Below the pieces are notes generated by a model. It had not been told where the DNA came from. It was given only the letters and a program-made list of their open reading frames with translations, and did no database searches. A stretch of 64,000 nt of DNA from an uncultured Lachnospiraceae bacterium (GTDB lineage: Bacteria > Bacillota > Clostridia > Oscillospirales > CAG-272), in assembly GCA_964521785.1 (NCBI GenBank), contig CAZFTE010000001.1:1172-65171 (forward strand), written 5' to 3'. The translations under genes and the position numbers were made by a program. The stretch's first letter is position 1, and each line of letters starts with the position of its first letter. Positions 1-10,219 of this stretch are shown here, one piece after another.

Positions 1-1496
1 CGGGCGAGATATTATATAACGGCAAAAACATCGACGATATCGACGAGCGCACTTCCGTTGCCGAGATAGGCTATGTCATGCAGAACCCCGAAAGCCAAAT
101 AGTAACGGACAAAGTTTGGCACGAGCTTGCTTTCGGCTTGGAGAGCCTCGGTGAAAAGAACGATGTCGTCCGCCGCCGCGTTGCCGAAGTTTGCGGCTTT
201 TTCGGCATCGGAGCATGGTATCGCAAAAAGACCTGCGAACTTTCGGGCGGTCAAAAACAGCTTTTATCGTTGGCTTCCGTTATGGCAATGGAACCCTCTC
301 TGCTTATTTTGGACGAGCCGACGGCTCAGCTCGATCCGATAGCCGCGTCCGAATTTTTGGCTTCCCTGCGCAAAATAAATGAGGAACTGGGCATTACCGT
401 CATCATCGCGGAGCATAGGCTCGACGAAGTTTTCTCCATGGCGACAAAAGTCGTTTTGATGGATAAGGCAAAGATATTCCTTTGTCAAACTCCGCGCGGT
501 ATAGGCTCCGACCTTGCAAACGATGAGGTATCGCAAAAATTGAGCTTGGGTCTGCCTGCCGCAACGCGCATTTTTCACGCGCTCGGCGGCGCAGGCGAAT
601 GTCCGCTCACGGTAAAAGAGGGCAAAGATTTTATCGAGAAAAATTACAAGAGCGATATAACGTCTTTGGAAATAAAGCCAAAAAACAAAGAAAAAAGAGC
701 CTCGGCGCTCGAGATACGCGGCGGCTACTTCCGCTATGAACGCAACACGCCCGATGTGCTTTCGGGACTGGATATCAACGTTTACGACAACGAGATATTT
801 TGTATACTCGGTTCAAACGGCGCGGGAAAAACGACTCTTCTGCGCGTGCTTTCGGGGCTTCGCCCGCTCTATAAAGGTTCATATACCGTTTACGGAAAAA
901 AGATGAAGTCGGGCGGTGCCGCGTCGCACAAGATAGCCGCTCTGCCGCAAGATCCGCAAAATCTTTTCGTTATGAGTACGGTATACGATGACCTTTTGGA
1001 GGTAACCGAATTTTTCTCTCTTTCAAAGACGGACGGCAAAAAAGCCGTTTTGGAAACGGCGGAAAAATTGGGCATAAGCCATCTTTTGCAAAGCCACCCT
1101 TACGATCTTTCCGGCGGCGAACAGCAAAAAGCGGCTCTTGCAAAAATATTGCTCGCAGACCCAAAGATAATATTGCTTGACGAACCGACAAAAGGACTTG
1201 ATGCATATTCGAAAAAGAAGCTCGCCGAGCTTATCTTATCCCTCAAAAAAGACGGTAAGACCATCGTCATTGTAACGCATGATGTGGAATTTGCCGCGGA
1301 ATATGCGGACAGATGCGCCATGTTCTTTGACGGCGGCATAGTCTCCGCCGCCGAAAGCGTAGAATTTTTCTCATCGAACAGCTATTATACGACAGCAGCG
1401 GCAAGGATAATGCGCCCCACATATCAAAACGCGGTTACGGTAGAGGCTGCGGCAGAACTTTGCCGTAAAAACGGAAAGAAGGCAAAAAATGAATAG
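1..1496 (+). CDS. ECF transporter ATPase with two ABC domains (5' partial)
   Basis: Frame is open back to the window edge (GEILYNGKNI...VMQNPESQ). Two sets of ABC motifs: LSGGQKQ/LILDEPT and GSNGAGKTT/LSGGEQQ/ILLDEPT. Overlaps the next gene. Confidence 0.9.
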   Translation, partial: GEILYNGKNIDDIDERTSVAEIGYVMQNPESQIVTDKVWHELAFGLESLGEKNDVVRRRVAEVCGFFGIGAWYRKKTCELSGGQKQLLSLASVMAMEPSLLILDEPTAQLDPIAASEFLASLRKINEELGITVIIAEHRLDEVFSMATKVVLMDKAKIFLCQTPRGIGSDLANDEVSQKLSLGLPAATRIFHALGGAGECPLTVKEGKDFIEKNYKSDITSLEIKPKNKEKRASALEIRGGYFRYERNTPDVLSGLDINVYDNEIFCILGSNGAGKTTLLRVLSGLRPLYKGSYTVYGKKMKSGGAASHKIAALPQDPQNLFVMSTVYDDLLEVTEFFSLSKTDGKKAVLETAEKLGISHLLQSHPYDLSGGEQQKAALAKILLADPKIILLDEPTKGLDAYSKKKLAELILSLKKDGKTIVIVTHDVEFAAEYADRCAMFFDGGIVSAAESVEFFSSNSYYTTAAARIMRPTYQNAVTVEAAAELCRKNGKKAKNE

Positions 1497-2190
1497 AACC
1501 CGTGGCTACAAAAAATTCATCTCTGTCTTTATCTTGCTCGTTTTGATACCGCTCACAGCCATCATCGGCGTAAAACTGTTTGCGGACAGAAAATATAACA
1601 TCATATCGATAGCCGTCGCTTTTCTTTCCTGCGCTCCGTTTTTCGTCCGATTCGAGAAAAACAGGAGCAGTTCGGGTGAAATGGTCGTAATATCCGTTAT
1701 GACATCGCTCTCGGTAGTTGGCAGATTGATATTTGCGCCGATGCCCGCGTTCAAGCCCGTCAGTGCGATAGTGATAATAACAGGCGCATCTCTCGGTGCC
1801 GAAGCAGGATTTATGGTCGGCAGTCTTTCCGCGATAATCTCAAATATATTCTTCGGTCAAGGTCCGTGGACTCCTTTTCAAATGTTCGTATGGGGCATGA
1901 TAGGCTTTATATCCGGAGTGATATTCCGCAAAAACAACAGACCCAATAAATTCGCGCTCGCCGCAATGGGAATTTTCGGCGGCATCATGTTTTCGATGAT
2001 GATGGATATATGGACGGTCTTGTCGTTGGACGGCGCGTTCGTTTGGGAACGATATCTCACGAGCGTCGTTTCGAGCATTCCCGTGATGGCTGTATATGCC
2101 GTTTCGAACGTTGTCTTTCTTTTGATAATGGCTCGACCGTTCTGCGAAAAGCTGACACGAATAAAAATAAAATACGGCTATTTCGCTTGA
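1489..2190 (+). CDS. ECF transporter S component (CbrT-like, possibly cobalamin related)
   Basis: Hydrophobic 233 aa with PAFKPVSAIVI and SNIFFGQGPWTPFQM motifs; coupled to the ECF ATPase. The substrate is an inference. Confidence 0.8.
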   Translation: MNRTRGYKKFISVFILLVLIPLTAIIGVKLFADRKYNIISIAVAFLSCAPFFVRFEKNRSSSGEMVVISVMTSLSVVGRLIFAPMPAFKPVSAIVIITGASLGAEAGFMVGSLSAIISNIFFGQGPWTPFQMFVWGMIGFISGVIFRKNNRPNKFALAAMGIFGGIMFSMMMDIWTVLSLDGAFVWERYLTSVVSSIPVMAVYAVSNVVFLLIMARPFCEKLTRIKIKYGYFA

Positions 2191-2201
2191 TATCATCAAG
2201 C

Positions 2202-2239
2202 AAAAAAGGATATTGCATTTTATCGCAATATCCTTTTTG
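2202..2239. terminator. Bidirectional intrinsic terminator
   Basis: AAAAAGGATATTGC-loop-GCAATATCCTTTTT between convergent genes. Confidence 0.85.
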
Positions 2240-2252
2240 TTTTGATCGTATC

Positions 2253-2960
2253 TTATTTGAAAAGCGTTTCGCCGTCTTCGAGGTATACAGCGGCTCTGCA
2301 CGATTCTTCTTCCGCATCGGCGAAGATCTCGGGCATAGCCTTTGCAAGCGTTTCGCCGATATATTTCGGATTTACGAATGCAAATTCATCGCAAGAGAGC
2401 TTCACGTTTACCATGAGTATGTTGCCGTCGATAACAGCATTGCAGAAGCGGATACCTTGCGCGATATTCACCTGCTTGGGTTCGCCCTTTTTGCTGAACT
2501 TCTCAATGATTATCTCGTCCGCGCCGAATATCTCTTCGGCTCTTTGGCAGATATCCTCGGGAATATCGTGCATAAGCTCAAATTTTATTTCGTAAAGGCT
2601 CCATTTGATGTCGCGGAAATGCGACGCGGGAGCATAACATTCGATCGCGCGAAGTCCTTTGGGGAAAGAAGTGTTAAGCTTATCGATTATTTCCTGCGGC
2701 GGGACCTCTGCCACCATCTTAAAATCCATAAATTCCGTAAGGCTGGAAACACCGACTGAAAGCGGTGGTGTAAACGCAACTCTCGGGTGCGGATTAAAGC
2801 CCTCCGTGTACCAAAAAGGAAGCTTGCTTCTTATAAATACGGACTGCATGGTACGGTTGAGATCGAGGTGGGAAATAAATTTAAGGCTTCCCGTTTTTGA
2901 AAATTTAACACGTACTTTTATATCCGTTGCGGGTCCTTTATTCATATTTTCGGGCAACAT
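2253..2960 (-). CDS. Radical SAM-linked protein (TIGR03936/DUF2344-like)
   Basis: KFISHLDL...YTEGFNPHP...PLSVG motif; overlaps the upstream radical SAM gene; GGAGG RBS. Confidence 0.85.
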   Translation of the reverse strand: MLPENMNKGPATDIKVRVKFSKTGSLKFISHLDLNRTMQSVFIRSKLPFWYTEGFNPHPRVAFTPPLSVGVSSLTEFMDFKMVAEVPPQEIIDKLNTSFPKGLRAIECYAPASHFRDIKWSLYEIKFELMHDIPEDICQRAEEIFGADEIIIEKFSKKGEPKQVNIAQGIRFCNAVIDGNILMVNVKLSCDEFAFVNPKYIGETLAKAMPEIFADAEEESCRAAVYLEDGETLFK

Positions 2961-4783
2961 GATCTTTCACCTCCGAGCTTATTTGCGCCGCAACCACTGC
3001 ACTGCATACGGCAGTTGGGCGTTGTTTTTGCTTCATATGCCTTGTGGCGTTCGCGCAAAAGGAATGCTTTTGTAACGCCGATGTCTATATTGTCCCAAGG
3101 AAGTATCTCTTCCTCGCCGAACGCGCGGTTCGCATAGAATGCGGGGTCTATACCGCAATCCTTGAATACTTCCATCCACTTGTCATAGTCGAAAAATTCT
3201 TCCCAACCGTCAAGTCTGATGCCGCGCTTATGCGCTTCGAGAAGCGCTTTGCCGAGCTTTCTGTCGCCGCGAGCGAAGATGGCTTCAATACGGCTTACTT
3301 TTGCGTCGTGATAATTGTATTTTATCTTTCTGTTTGTAATTTTACCCGTGAGATATTTCTGCTTGCGATGCAATTCCTCAAGGTCGCACTGCGCTTCCCA
3401 CTGGAAAGGAGTGAACGGTTTGGGGATAAAGCAAGCCGCGGAAAGAGTTACCTGGGGGGATTTGCGCGGACGGTCGGGCGTTGCGTAATATTCGTTTATA
3501 ACGCTTTCGGCAAGCTCGTTGATACCGTCAAGGTCTTCGTCCGTCTCTGTGGGCAAACCCTGCATGAAATAAAGCTTTACCTGAGATTTGCCGCCCTCGA
3601 ATGCTACGCGACAAGCGCGGAGAAGATCGTTCTTTTCCACATTCTTGTTGATAACATCGCGAAGTCTCTGCGTACCTGCTTCGGGCGCGAACGTTATGCC
3701 GCCCGTGCGTATGGTGGATATCTTGTCCATAAGCTCTTTGGTAAAGCTGTCCACGCGCAAAGAAGGAAGATTGAGTGATATCTTTCTGTCGTCTGTCCAA
3801 GAAAGGAGCATATCCGTAAGCTTTTCTATACAAGTATAGTCGCTGATGGAAAGCGAAGAAAGCGACATTTCAGCATATCCCGTCGCATCGGCAAGGACTT
3901 TTGCCTGTTCATTAAGAACTTCGGGAGTTTTTTCTCTTACGGGGCGATATACCATACCCGCTTGGCAGAAACGGCAACCGCGAATACAACCGCGATAAAC
4001 TTCAAGCACCACTCTATCCTGTACCGTCTGGATAAACGGCATAACGAGGTTCTTCGGGAACGGAGCTTTGTCCATATCTTTTACGATCCTCTTGCGAACT
4101 TTCGCGGGAACATCCTCGTACTTGGGCGTAAAGCTCTTTATCGTGCCGTCCTCGTTATATTCAACATCGTAAAGAGAAGGAACGTACATACTTTCCTGGT
4201 GGGAGATCTCGCGAAGGAAAGCCGCGCGGTCAAATCCCATCGCTTTATGCTTCTTGTATATCTCTACGAGTTCGGGAAGCTCGTCCTCGCCCTCACCTAT
4301 AAGGCAGATATCGATAAAATCAGCCATAGGCTCGCTGTTATATGTGCAAGGACCGCCGCAAACTATGATAGAATCGTCGTTTGCTCTTTTGGAGCTTTCA
4401 AGTTCTATTCCCGCAAGGTCGAGCATATTGAGCATATTTGTGTAGCAAAGCTCATATTGGAGCGAAAAACCGACGATATCACATTCTTTAAGGGGAGTGC
4501 CGCTCTCTATCGTGCAAAGGGGTATGTTATGTTCGCGAAGTTGCGCTTCCATATCAGCCCAAGGCGCGTAAACGCGCTCGCACCATGTATCCTCGCGCTC
4601 GTTGAGGATATTATAGAGTATCCTTATGCCGAGGTTCGACATACCTATCTCATATGTATCGGGGAAACCGAATGCAAAGCGTACATCTACGCTTTTGGGG
4701 TCTTTTATTACCTCGCCCCATTCGCCGCCCGTATATCGGCCCGGCTTTTCAACCTTTTTTAATATACTTTCAGGTATTTTCAA
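2942..4783 (-). CDS. B12-binding radical SAM protein (TIGR03960-like)
   Basis: VEKPGRYTGGE, FPDTYEIGMSNLG, CxxxCxxC (GCIRGCRFCQAG) and a C-terminal Cys cluster; TTG start. Confidence 0.9.
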   Translation of the reverse strand: MKIPESILKKVEKPGRYTGGEWGEVIKDPKSVDVRFAFGFPDTYEIGMSNLGIRILYNILNEREDTWCERVYAPWADMEAQLREHNIPLCTIESGTPLKECDIVGFSLQYELCYTNMLNMLDLAGIELESSKRANDDSIIVCGGPCTYNSEPMADFIDICLIGEGEDELPELVEIYKKHKAMGFDRAAFLREISHQESMYVPSLYDVEYNEDGTIKSFTPKYEDVPAKVRKRIVKDMDKAPFPKNLVMPFIQTVQDRVVLEVYRGCIRGCRFCQAGMVYRPVREKTPEVLNEQAKVLADATGYAEMSLSSLSISDYTCIEKLTDMLLSWTDDRKISLNLPSLRVDSFTKELMDKISTIRTGGITFAPEAGTQRLRDVINKNVEKNDLLRACRVAFEGGKSQVKLYFMQGLPTETDEDLDGINELAESVINEYYATPDRPRKSPQVTLSAACFIPKPFTPFQWEAQCDLEELHRKQKYLTGKITNRKIKYNYHDAKVSRIEAIFARGDRKLGKALLEAHKRGIRLDGWEEFFDYDKWMEVFKDCGIDPAFYANRAFGEEEILPWDNIDIGVTKAFLLRERHKAYEAKTTPNCRMQCSGCGANKLGGERSCCPKI

Positions 4784-4811
4784 TTTATTTATTTCCTTTC
4801 GTTGAATTATT

Positions 4812-7800
4812 TTACTTTATCTTTTTTATCCTGCAAACGGCGTGCATCTTGCAATATTCGCAAGCTTCCGCTTCGCAAGGTCTTGCGTCCGCTTTTCCCG
4901 AGCGAAGCTCGTCGGAAGCTCGCAGTACCGCATCTATGACATCCTTTTTAAGCTCGTCAAAAGCGCGTTCCGCAACGACGCAACCCTTTTTCTTGCCGCT
5001 CTTGCCCAATGACACGGGGATATATCTTCCTTCGAGCGACGGCTCCATAGCGGTAAGCACCGTATCGTCGTCCAAGAAAAGACCGCTGTTTTTGTTTTTT
5101 TCCTCCTCAGGCTCAATACCGAGGTCAACGTTTTCCGCCGCAGGTTTTACGGAAACATAAAGCACGCCCGCGGGAGACACGTCCTTGCCGTATCTTCTCT
5201 TGCCGTTCTCGCATATCGAAAAAAGATACAAGAGCATTTGCAGGTCGCGTCCTGCCTCTATATTTTTAAGGTCGAACTTTTTGTTTCCTGTTTTATAGTC
5301 GGCAACACGTATATATAATTTCCCGTCGCCGTCTTCAAAAGCGTCTACGCGGTCAACTTTGCCGCGCAGTTCAACGCTTCCGTTTTCATTTTTAAGTTTG
5401 ATGGGTTCTATGTCCGCGCCTTTGCCGATAACTATCTCGAAATCTCGCGGCACAAAACTGCTTTGCTTAAATTCCTCTTTGATGCGAAATACGAATTTTT
5501 TCGAGGAAAGGCACAGATGCTCCGTCAAGTGCATCAATCTGGGCGATATCTCCGCATATTTTTCGCGGCACAAACTCTCTATATAAGTTTGGCAAACCTT
5601 TTTTATCTCCGCTTCGGTCTCTTCATCCGTCGCTTTCGGAGCAGAAAGAGCGTATCTCACCGTAACTTCCAATATCTTATGAATGAAGTTTCCTATATCG
5701 ACCGCGCCGAATCTGACGGGAGAATTATCCTTGAGCTTCAACTCATATTCGCAAAAATATGAGAAATTGCATATGATATATTTTTCGAGCCTTGAATAGC
5801 TCGTGTTGATATTCGCAGGGAATATCTTTTTTGCCTCGTCGGAGGGTATCCTGCAATAATGCGAGGAGAGCGGCATGGATATATAGCACATCTTGTCCGC
5901 ATATCCTTCGGTATTTGAAAAATGCTCCGCCAGAGCGCGCGAAAGCGCGCTGTTTTTTTGCATTATATATTCAAAAGAAGCGCGCTCTCTTTCTATACGC
6001 TCATATTTCGGCATATCTTCGAAGTATTCTTCTTTTATCTTCGGGAACATCTCCTCCACGCTCAAAAGCGCGGGCGAGCGTCTTGTTTTTTTGCCCGAAC
6101 CGTCGTAAACATGATAAGTTATGCAAAGTTCTTCGGACGGCGCACAAGTCGCGCCGTAAAAATAGTAAAGTTCATCGCATATCCTTCGCTCGACAGTCGA
6201 TGTTATCTCTACGCCACATTCGGCGAGCATCTCTTTTTCTTTGTCGGAAAAAAGACCGTTATCCTCAACTCTTGCGGGGAAACTTCCCTCGCAAGCGCCC
6301 ATTACATATGCCGTTTTAGTATAAGCATAGCCGCCTGCGGAAGCATCGTATACAGTTACTTCGTCAAGAGACGTCGGTATTTTTCCTATATCCGTTTCGG
6401 AAAGAACGAGGCGCAAGAGAGACGTGAATTCCGCCGTATTGACCTCTGTCTCCGCACTTGCTCCGACGAGTGCGTCAAGCACTTCGCAGAACACCGCAAA
6501 CAGCTGCGAAAGTTCCGCGGCGAGCGCTTTTTCGCCGCGAGCCGCGGCATTTTTCGCGTCAAGCTTTATTTTTTCGGGCGCGCCCCTCGAAACAGCGAAA
6601 TCATATAAGTGTTGGCAAAAATATTTTACGCTGTGTTTACCCGATATGTCGTCGCAGAACGCGCGGAGCGGCGATATCGCCTTTTCTCTTATCTGTGCAA
6701 GCTCGCAAAGCTTTTTTGCGCCCTGCTCCGTTATCTCCTCCGCAAATCCGTCGGGGTTCATGTTCCATTCGTAATCGTCATAAAAACGAGAACCGTTTAT
6801 GCTCCATTTTCGAACATAATTTTCAAAAAGGTTTATCTCATCGGGCGATATGCCCGCAAAATCAGTCTTTACATAGGAGATGACAAGCTCTCTTGAAAAT
6901 CCTCTTTCGCATATGGCAAGCGCGGAAAGGATAAATTTCAAAAACGCTCGTTCCGTTATATCCGTGCGCGAAGAAATAAAATACGGTATGCCGTATTTTT
7001 TCATCATCGCATCTATAACTCCGACGTAGCCGTCCGTATTGCGCACTATAACGGCGATATCTCGGTATCTCGCACCGCCGCGCACCTTTCGCGCGATGTC
7101 GAGACATACCGCCTCGCTCTCCGCGAAAGCATTTGACGCATACATAACGCGGATATGCTCCGCAGTATTTTCGTATATTCCTTTTACATAGCCGTTACCG
7201 GGAAAAAGGTTGCGCGAAAGGAACGAAAGCTCCTCGTTTTGGAATCTTCTGCCGTCCAAAAGGACCGTATCTTCTCCGATATCCGCGCCAGATTCCTCCG
7301 CGACTTTGCGAAGTCTTTTGTCCGTATCGGCAATGCCGAAAAAGCAAGGCGTGTGTTTGTCTTCCTCGGGAACGAACGGCACCGTTATATAAACATTGTC
7401 CGCGGAGCGGATCATCAGTCTCACGGTTTCAAGCTGTTCTTTGGAAAACGACACGAAAGAATCTATATAAACGTCGCAACCGTGAAAAAAATCATTTTCC
7501 GAAAGTGCTTTGTTCATTTTGGATATCATGCCGTCGGGGTCCGCAAATCTCGTGCTTATCTCCGCGTCAAATGCCGAAAAAATAAATGCCATATCGGCAA
7601 ATTTTTTTCCTGCTTCGCCGCCGTTCTTTTCGGCGGCACGCTCCAAGAGCGCGGGGGACGCGGCAGAGCGCGAAAGTTCCGTTCGCATATCGATAAGCCG
7701 TTCCGTCGCGGCTGTGTCTCCCGAAGATATATTTTTATATGAATTTAAAAATCCCGAAAGCGCGCGCAATGTGTTATGCATCATTACCTTTTTGGCGCCG

Positions 7801-8039
7801 CGCGAGATATAGTTTTCGCATATTCCGCCGTATTTTCTGAAAACAAAGTTGCAAAGTCGGCGAAATGTTACAACATCGATATCTCCTGCGTTTTTCGCGG
7901 CGGCAAAGCGCGTTTCCGCCAACACGGCGGCTCTGTCAGGCACAAGCACGAAAATATGTTTATTTTCGGTGTTCGCGGCATTTTCGTATATATATGTGCT
8001 TTTTCCGCAGCCTGTTCTGCCGTATATAAACCTTACCAT
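4812..8039 (-). CDS. addB: ATP-dependent helicase/nuclease subunit B (AddB/RexB)
   Basis: N-terminal GRTGCGKST, C-terminal RecB-type nuclease motifs (RGKVDRVD, DYKTG, QMLLY) and Fe-S cysteines (C..CEYC...VC); 1075 aa. Confidence 0.9.
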   Translation of the reverse strand: MVRFIYGRTGCGKSTYIYENAANTENKHIFVLVPDRAAVLAETRFAAAKNAGDIDVVTFRRLCNFVFRKYGGICENYISRGAKKVMMHNTLRALSGFLNSYKNISSGDTAATERLIDMRTELSRSAASPALLERAAEKNGGEAGKKFADMAFIFSAFDAEISTRFADPDGMISKMNKALSENDFFHGCDVYIDSFVSFSKEQLETVRLMIRSADNVYITVPFVPEEDKHTPCFFGIADTDKRLRKVAEESGADIGEDTVLLDGRRFQNEELSFLSRNLFPGNGYVKGIYENTAEHIRVMYASNAFAESEAVCLDIARKVRGGARYRDIAVIVRNTDGYVGVIDAMMKKYGIPYFISSRTDITERAFLKFILSALAICERGFSRELVISYVKTDFAGISPDEINLFENYVRKWSINGSRFYDDYEWNMNPDGFAEEITEQGAKKLCELAQIREKAISPLRAFCDDISGKHSVKYFCQHLYDFAVSRGAPEKIKLDAKNAAARGEKALAAELSQLFAVFCEVLDALVGASAETEVNTAEFTSLLRLVLSETDIGKIPTSLDEVTVYDASAGGYAYTKTAYVMGACEGSFPARVEDNGLFSDKEKEMLAECGVEITSTVERRICDELYYFYGATCAPSEELCITYHVYDGSGKKTRRSPALLSVEEMFPKIKEEYFEDMPKYERIERERASFEYIMQKNSALSRALAEHFSNTEGYADKMCYISMPLSSHYCRIPSDEAKKIFPANINTSYSRLEKYIICNFSYFCEYELKLKDNSPVRFGAVDIGNFIHKILEVTVRYALSAPKATDEETEAEIKKVCQTYIESLCREKYAEISPRLMHLTEHLCLSSKKFVFRIKEEFKQSSFVPRDFEIVIGKGADIEPIKLKNENGSVELRGKVDRVDAFEDGDGKLYIRVADYKTGNKKFDLKNIEAGRDLQMLLYLFSICENGKRRYGKDVSPAGVLYVSVKPAAENVDLGIEPEEEKNKNSGLFLDDDTVLTAMEPSLEGRYIPVSLGKSGKKKGCVVAERAFDELKKDVIDAVLRASDELRSGKADARPCEAEACEYCKMHAVCRIKKIK

Positions 8040-8058
8040 TTTTACACCCTTGATACGT

Positions 8059-8769
8059 TTAAAAAATCTTTATAATATCGTTTTTGCCGTTTTTGGTCAT
8101 GGCTTTTATCAAAACAAAGTAAAAACTGGAATGTATAAAATATATTCCTTCGTCGTATTTATGCACCGAATTGAAATTGCAGAGCTTGTGCGAACCTGTA
8201 ACGATAAGGACGGTTGCGCCGTCATCTGCGAATTTTTGCGCCGTTTTGTAAAAGATGCCGTTTTTTCGCGGTACACATCGCAAAAACATAAAATACGTCT
8301 TTTTGCCGTCCGTCTCGTGCAGCATCTTCTTGCATAAAAAATTATGCGAGAAGATGGAAACGGCGCTTATGACCGCCGTCAAAATAAGCGTTACGGGCAA
8401 AAGCACAAGTACCGTACCGAAAGTCAACAAAGATTGAATGGATATGCCGAGTATCGAGAGAATAACCACAAAGTTATTCCATATCTTTGATGCGGAAAAG
8501 TATTTGCGCAAAACAAAAAATATCCTGTCATATACTCGGTAGACGCGCGTCAAGCGGAAGCGCGTAAAAAGATATGAAAAATATGTTTTCGATTCGTTCA
8601 TATCATCTATCTTCATGAAAAATTCTCTGTCCCGCGGTATGCGCTTTGCTTCATTCGGAGATATCGTTTCCAAACGATGCACAAGATAAGCGTTTTCTCT
8701 TTTCAGCCGTCTGTTTTCCCATTTGAGCTTTGTCAGCTCTCGTTCTTGTTTATTTTTACTTTTAGCCAA
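8059..8769 (-). CDS. Hypothetical membrane protein
   Basis: GGAGG RBS with TTG start; basic coiled-coil-like N-terminus and a central hydrophobic hairpin; embedded in the operon. Confidence 0.75.
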   Translation of the reverse strand: MAKSKNKQERELTKLKWENRRLKRENAYLVHRLETISPNEAKRIPRDREFFMKIDDMNESKTYFSYLFTRFRLTRVYRVYDRIFFVLRKYFSASKIWNNFVVILSILGISIQSLLTFGTVLVLLPVTLILTAVISAVSIFSHNFLCKKMLHETDGKKTYFMFLRCVPRKNGIFYKTAQKFADDGATVLIVTGSHKLCNFNSVHKYDEGIYFIHSSFYFVLIKAMTKNGKNDIIKIF

Positions 8770-8786
8770 AAACTTTTCCTCCGTAT

Positions 8787-9254
8787 TTATTCATCAAAAA
8801 GCGAACATTCTTTCTCCATAACAAAATAATCGAGAAGTACACCCGCGCGCGTAGCGGTCTGTTCCTTTACGACGGAATACCCGCGCGATAAAAAGAACGG
8901 TTTAGCCGTTACGGAAGAATGCACGGTTATCTTGCCCTCCCAAAAATTTTGCTCAAGCATATCGCAGATAGCCGTTGCTATGCCACGCCGCCGGTAATCC
9001 TTGTGAACGAATAATTTATCTATATATCCTGTTTTGTCTATATCGCCGAAGCCGACAACAACGCCTTCCTCAAGCGCAACGAGCGTGTAATGTTCCGCAA
9101 ACGCTTTATCCCATGCCTCAAGGTCAACTTCTCCCGTTGCCCAGGCGTCAAGCTGTTCTGCTGTGTAATCTGCGGAGTTTACGGCATGGACCGTTTCGTA
9201 GAAGAGCCGCGCCATTCCTTCGCAATCGGTCTGTTTGTAGCTTCTGATAATCAT
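8787..9254 (-). CDS. GNAT family N-acetyltransferase (YafP-like)
   Basis: DYTAEQLDAWA, acetyl-CoA motif FVHKDYRRRGIA, SVTAKPFF..RGY. Confidence 0.9.
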   Translation of the reverse strand: MIIRSYKQTDCEGMARLFYETVHAVNSADYTAEQLDAWATGEVDLEAWDKAFAEHYTLVALEEGVVVGFGDIDKTGYIDKLFVHKDYRRRGIATAICDMLEQNFWEGKITVHSSVTAKPFFLSRGYSVVKEQTATRAGVLLDYFVMEKECSLFDE

Positions 9255-9293
9255 TAAGTTACCCTCGGTTTAAAAATTTAAAAGTCTTTTTTA

Positions 9294-10109
9294 TTATTTT
9301 CCGAAAATCTCAAGGTTTCGCAATATGGTCTTTTTTCCTCTCCAAGCAAAAGCGCGCGAACGGAACGTTTCTTTATCCATCGCTTCCACTGTCTGCGTCG
9401 TAAGATCCACTATCCTGTCTGTTTTGAAAAATTCCACGGGCGTACTGTTCCCCTCTGCTATCGCCTTTTTTGTGTAAGGACAAACGGCGGAACAGATATC
9501 GCAACCCCATGCGGAACCATATTTGAGTATGAAAGCGGTCTCTTCGGGGGTAAGTTCTCCCTTTTTCTGCGTTACCGCGGAAAGACAGCCAAGCCCCTCT
9601 TTCATCGGGCAAGCATTTCTGCAAGCGCCGCAATGTATACAGCTTTTCGGTTCATATACCGCGTTCGGATCGCAACCGAAAACTTCGGACGAAGCGTCGG
9701 AAAGTATCTCTCCGATGAAAACGAACGAACCGTATTTTTCGTTTATTATAAGACCGTTATCGCCCATAAGTCCAAGACCCGCACAAGAGGCGGCGTGTAC
9801 TTCGCTTATAGCCGATTTATCGGCAAAGCCCCAAAAACGCGCACCGTATTCTTTTTCCAAGCGCGGAACGATATCGGCATAAAGTTTCTCAAAAAATATA
9901 TGATAATCATGTGCGCGAGCATAAACTGAGATGTTTCCCTCGCCGTCGTCCGCGCAATAATAAGGCACAAGGAAAAGTATCGCGCTTTTTATCTCTTCAA
10001 CAGCAACGCCGCGGCGCGTTATTATATCCTCCGCAAAAACGCGGCATACGGAAAAAGGAAGCGCTTTCGCATATTCCACACCATATTCATTCAAAAATTC
10101 ACGAAACAT
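9294..10109 (-). CDS. queG: Epoxyqueuosine reductase QueG-like Fe-S protein
   Basis: ISVYARAHDYH, GLGLMGDNGLII..YGSFVFIGE, CxxCxxCxxxCP and GCDICSAVCP. Start moved to the ATG after the AAAGGGGG RBS. Confidence 0.75.
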   Translation of the reverse strand: MFREFLNEYGVEYAKALPFSVCRVFAEDIITRRGVAVEEIKSAILFLVPYYCADDGEGNISVYARAHDYHIFFEKLYADIVPRLEKEYGARFWGFADKSAISEVHAASCAGLGLMGDNGLIINEKYGSFVFIGEILSDASSEVFGCDPNAVYEPKSCIHCGACRNACPMKEGLGCLSAVTQKKGELTPEETAFILKYGSAWGCDICSAVCPYTKKAIAEGNSTPVEFFKTDRIVDLTTQTVEAMDKETFRSRAFAWRGKKTILRNLEIFGK

Positions 10110-10137
10110 AAAAATATATGCCCCCTTTTCTCGGCAG

Positions 10138-10166
10138 TTGATTTTATCCAAAATTTATGATATAAT
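10138..10166 (+). promoter_or_regulatory. Sigma-A promoter for the topoisomerase operon
   Basis: TTGATT-17-TATAAT with extended TG. Confidence 0.6.
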
Positions 10167-10219
10167 AACCCTTGCACATTAAAATAATATTAAAAATATT
10201 GTTTTTTATTCAACACATA

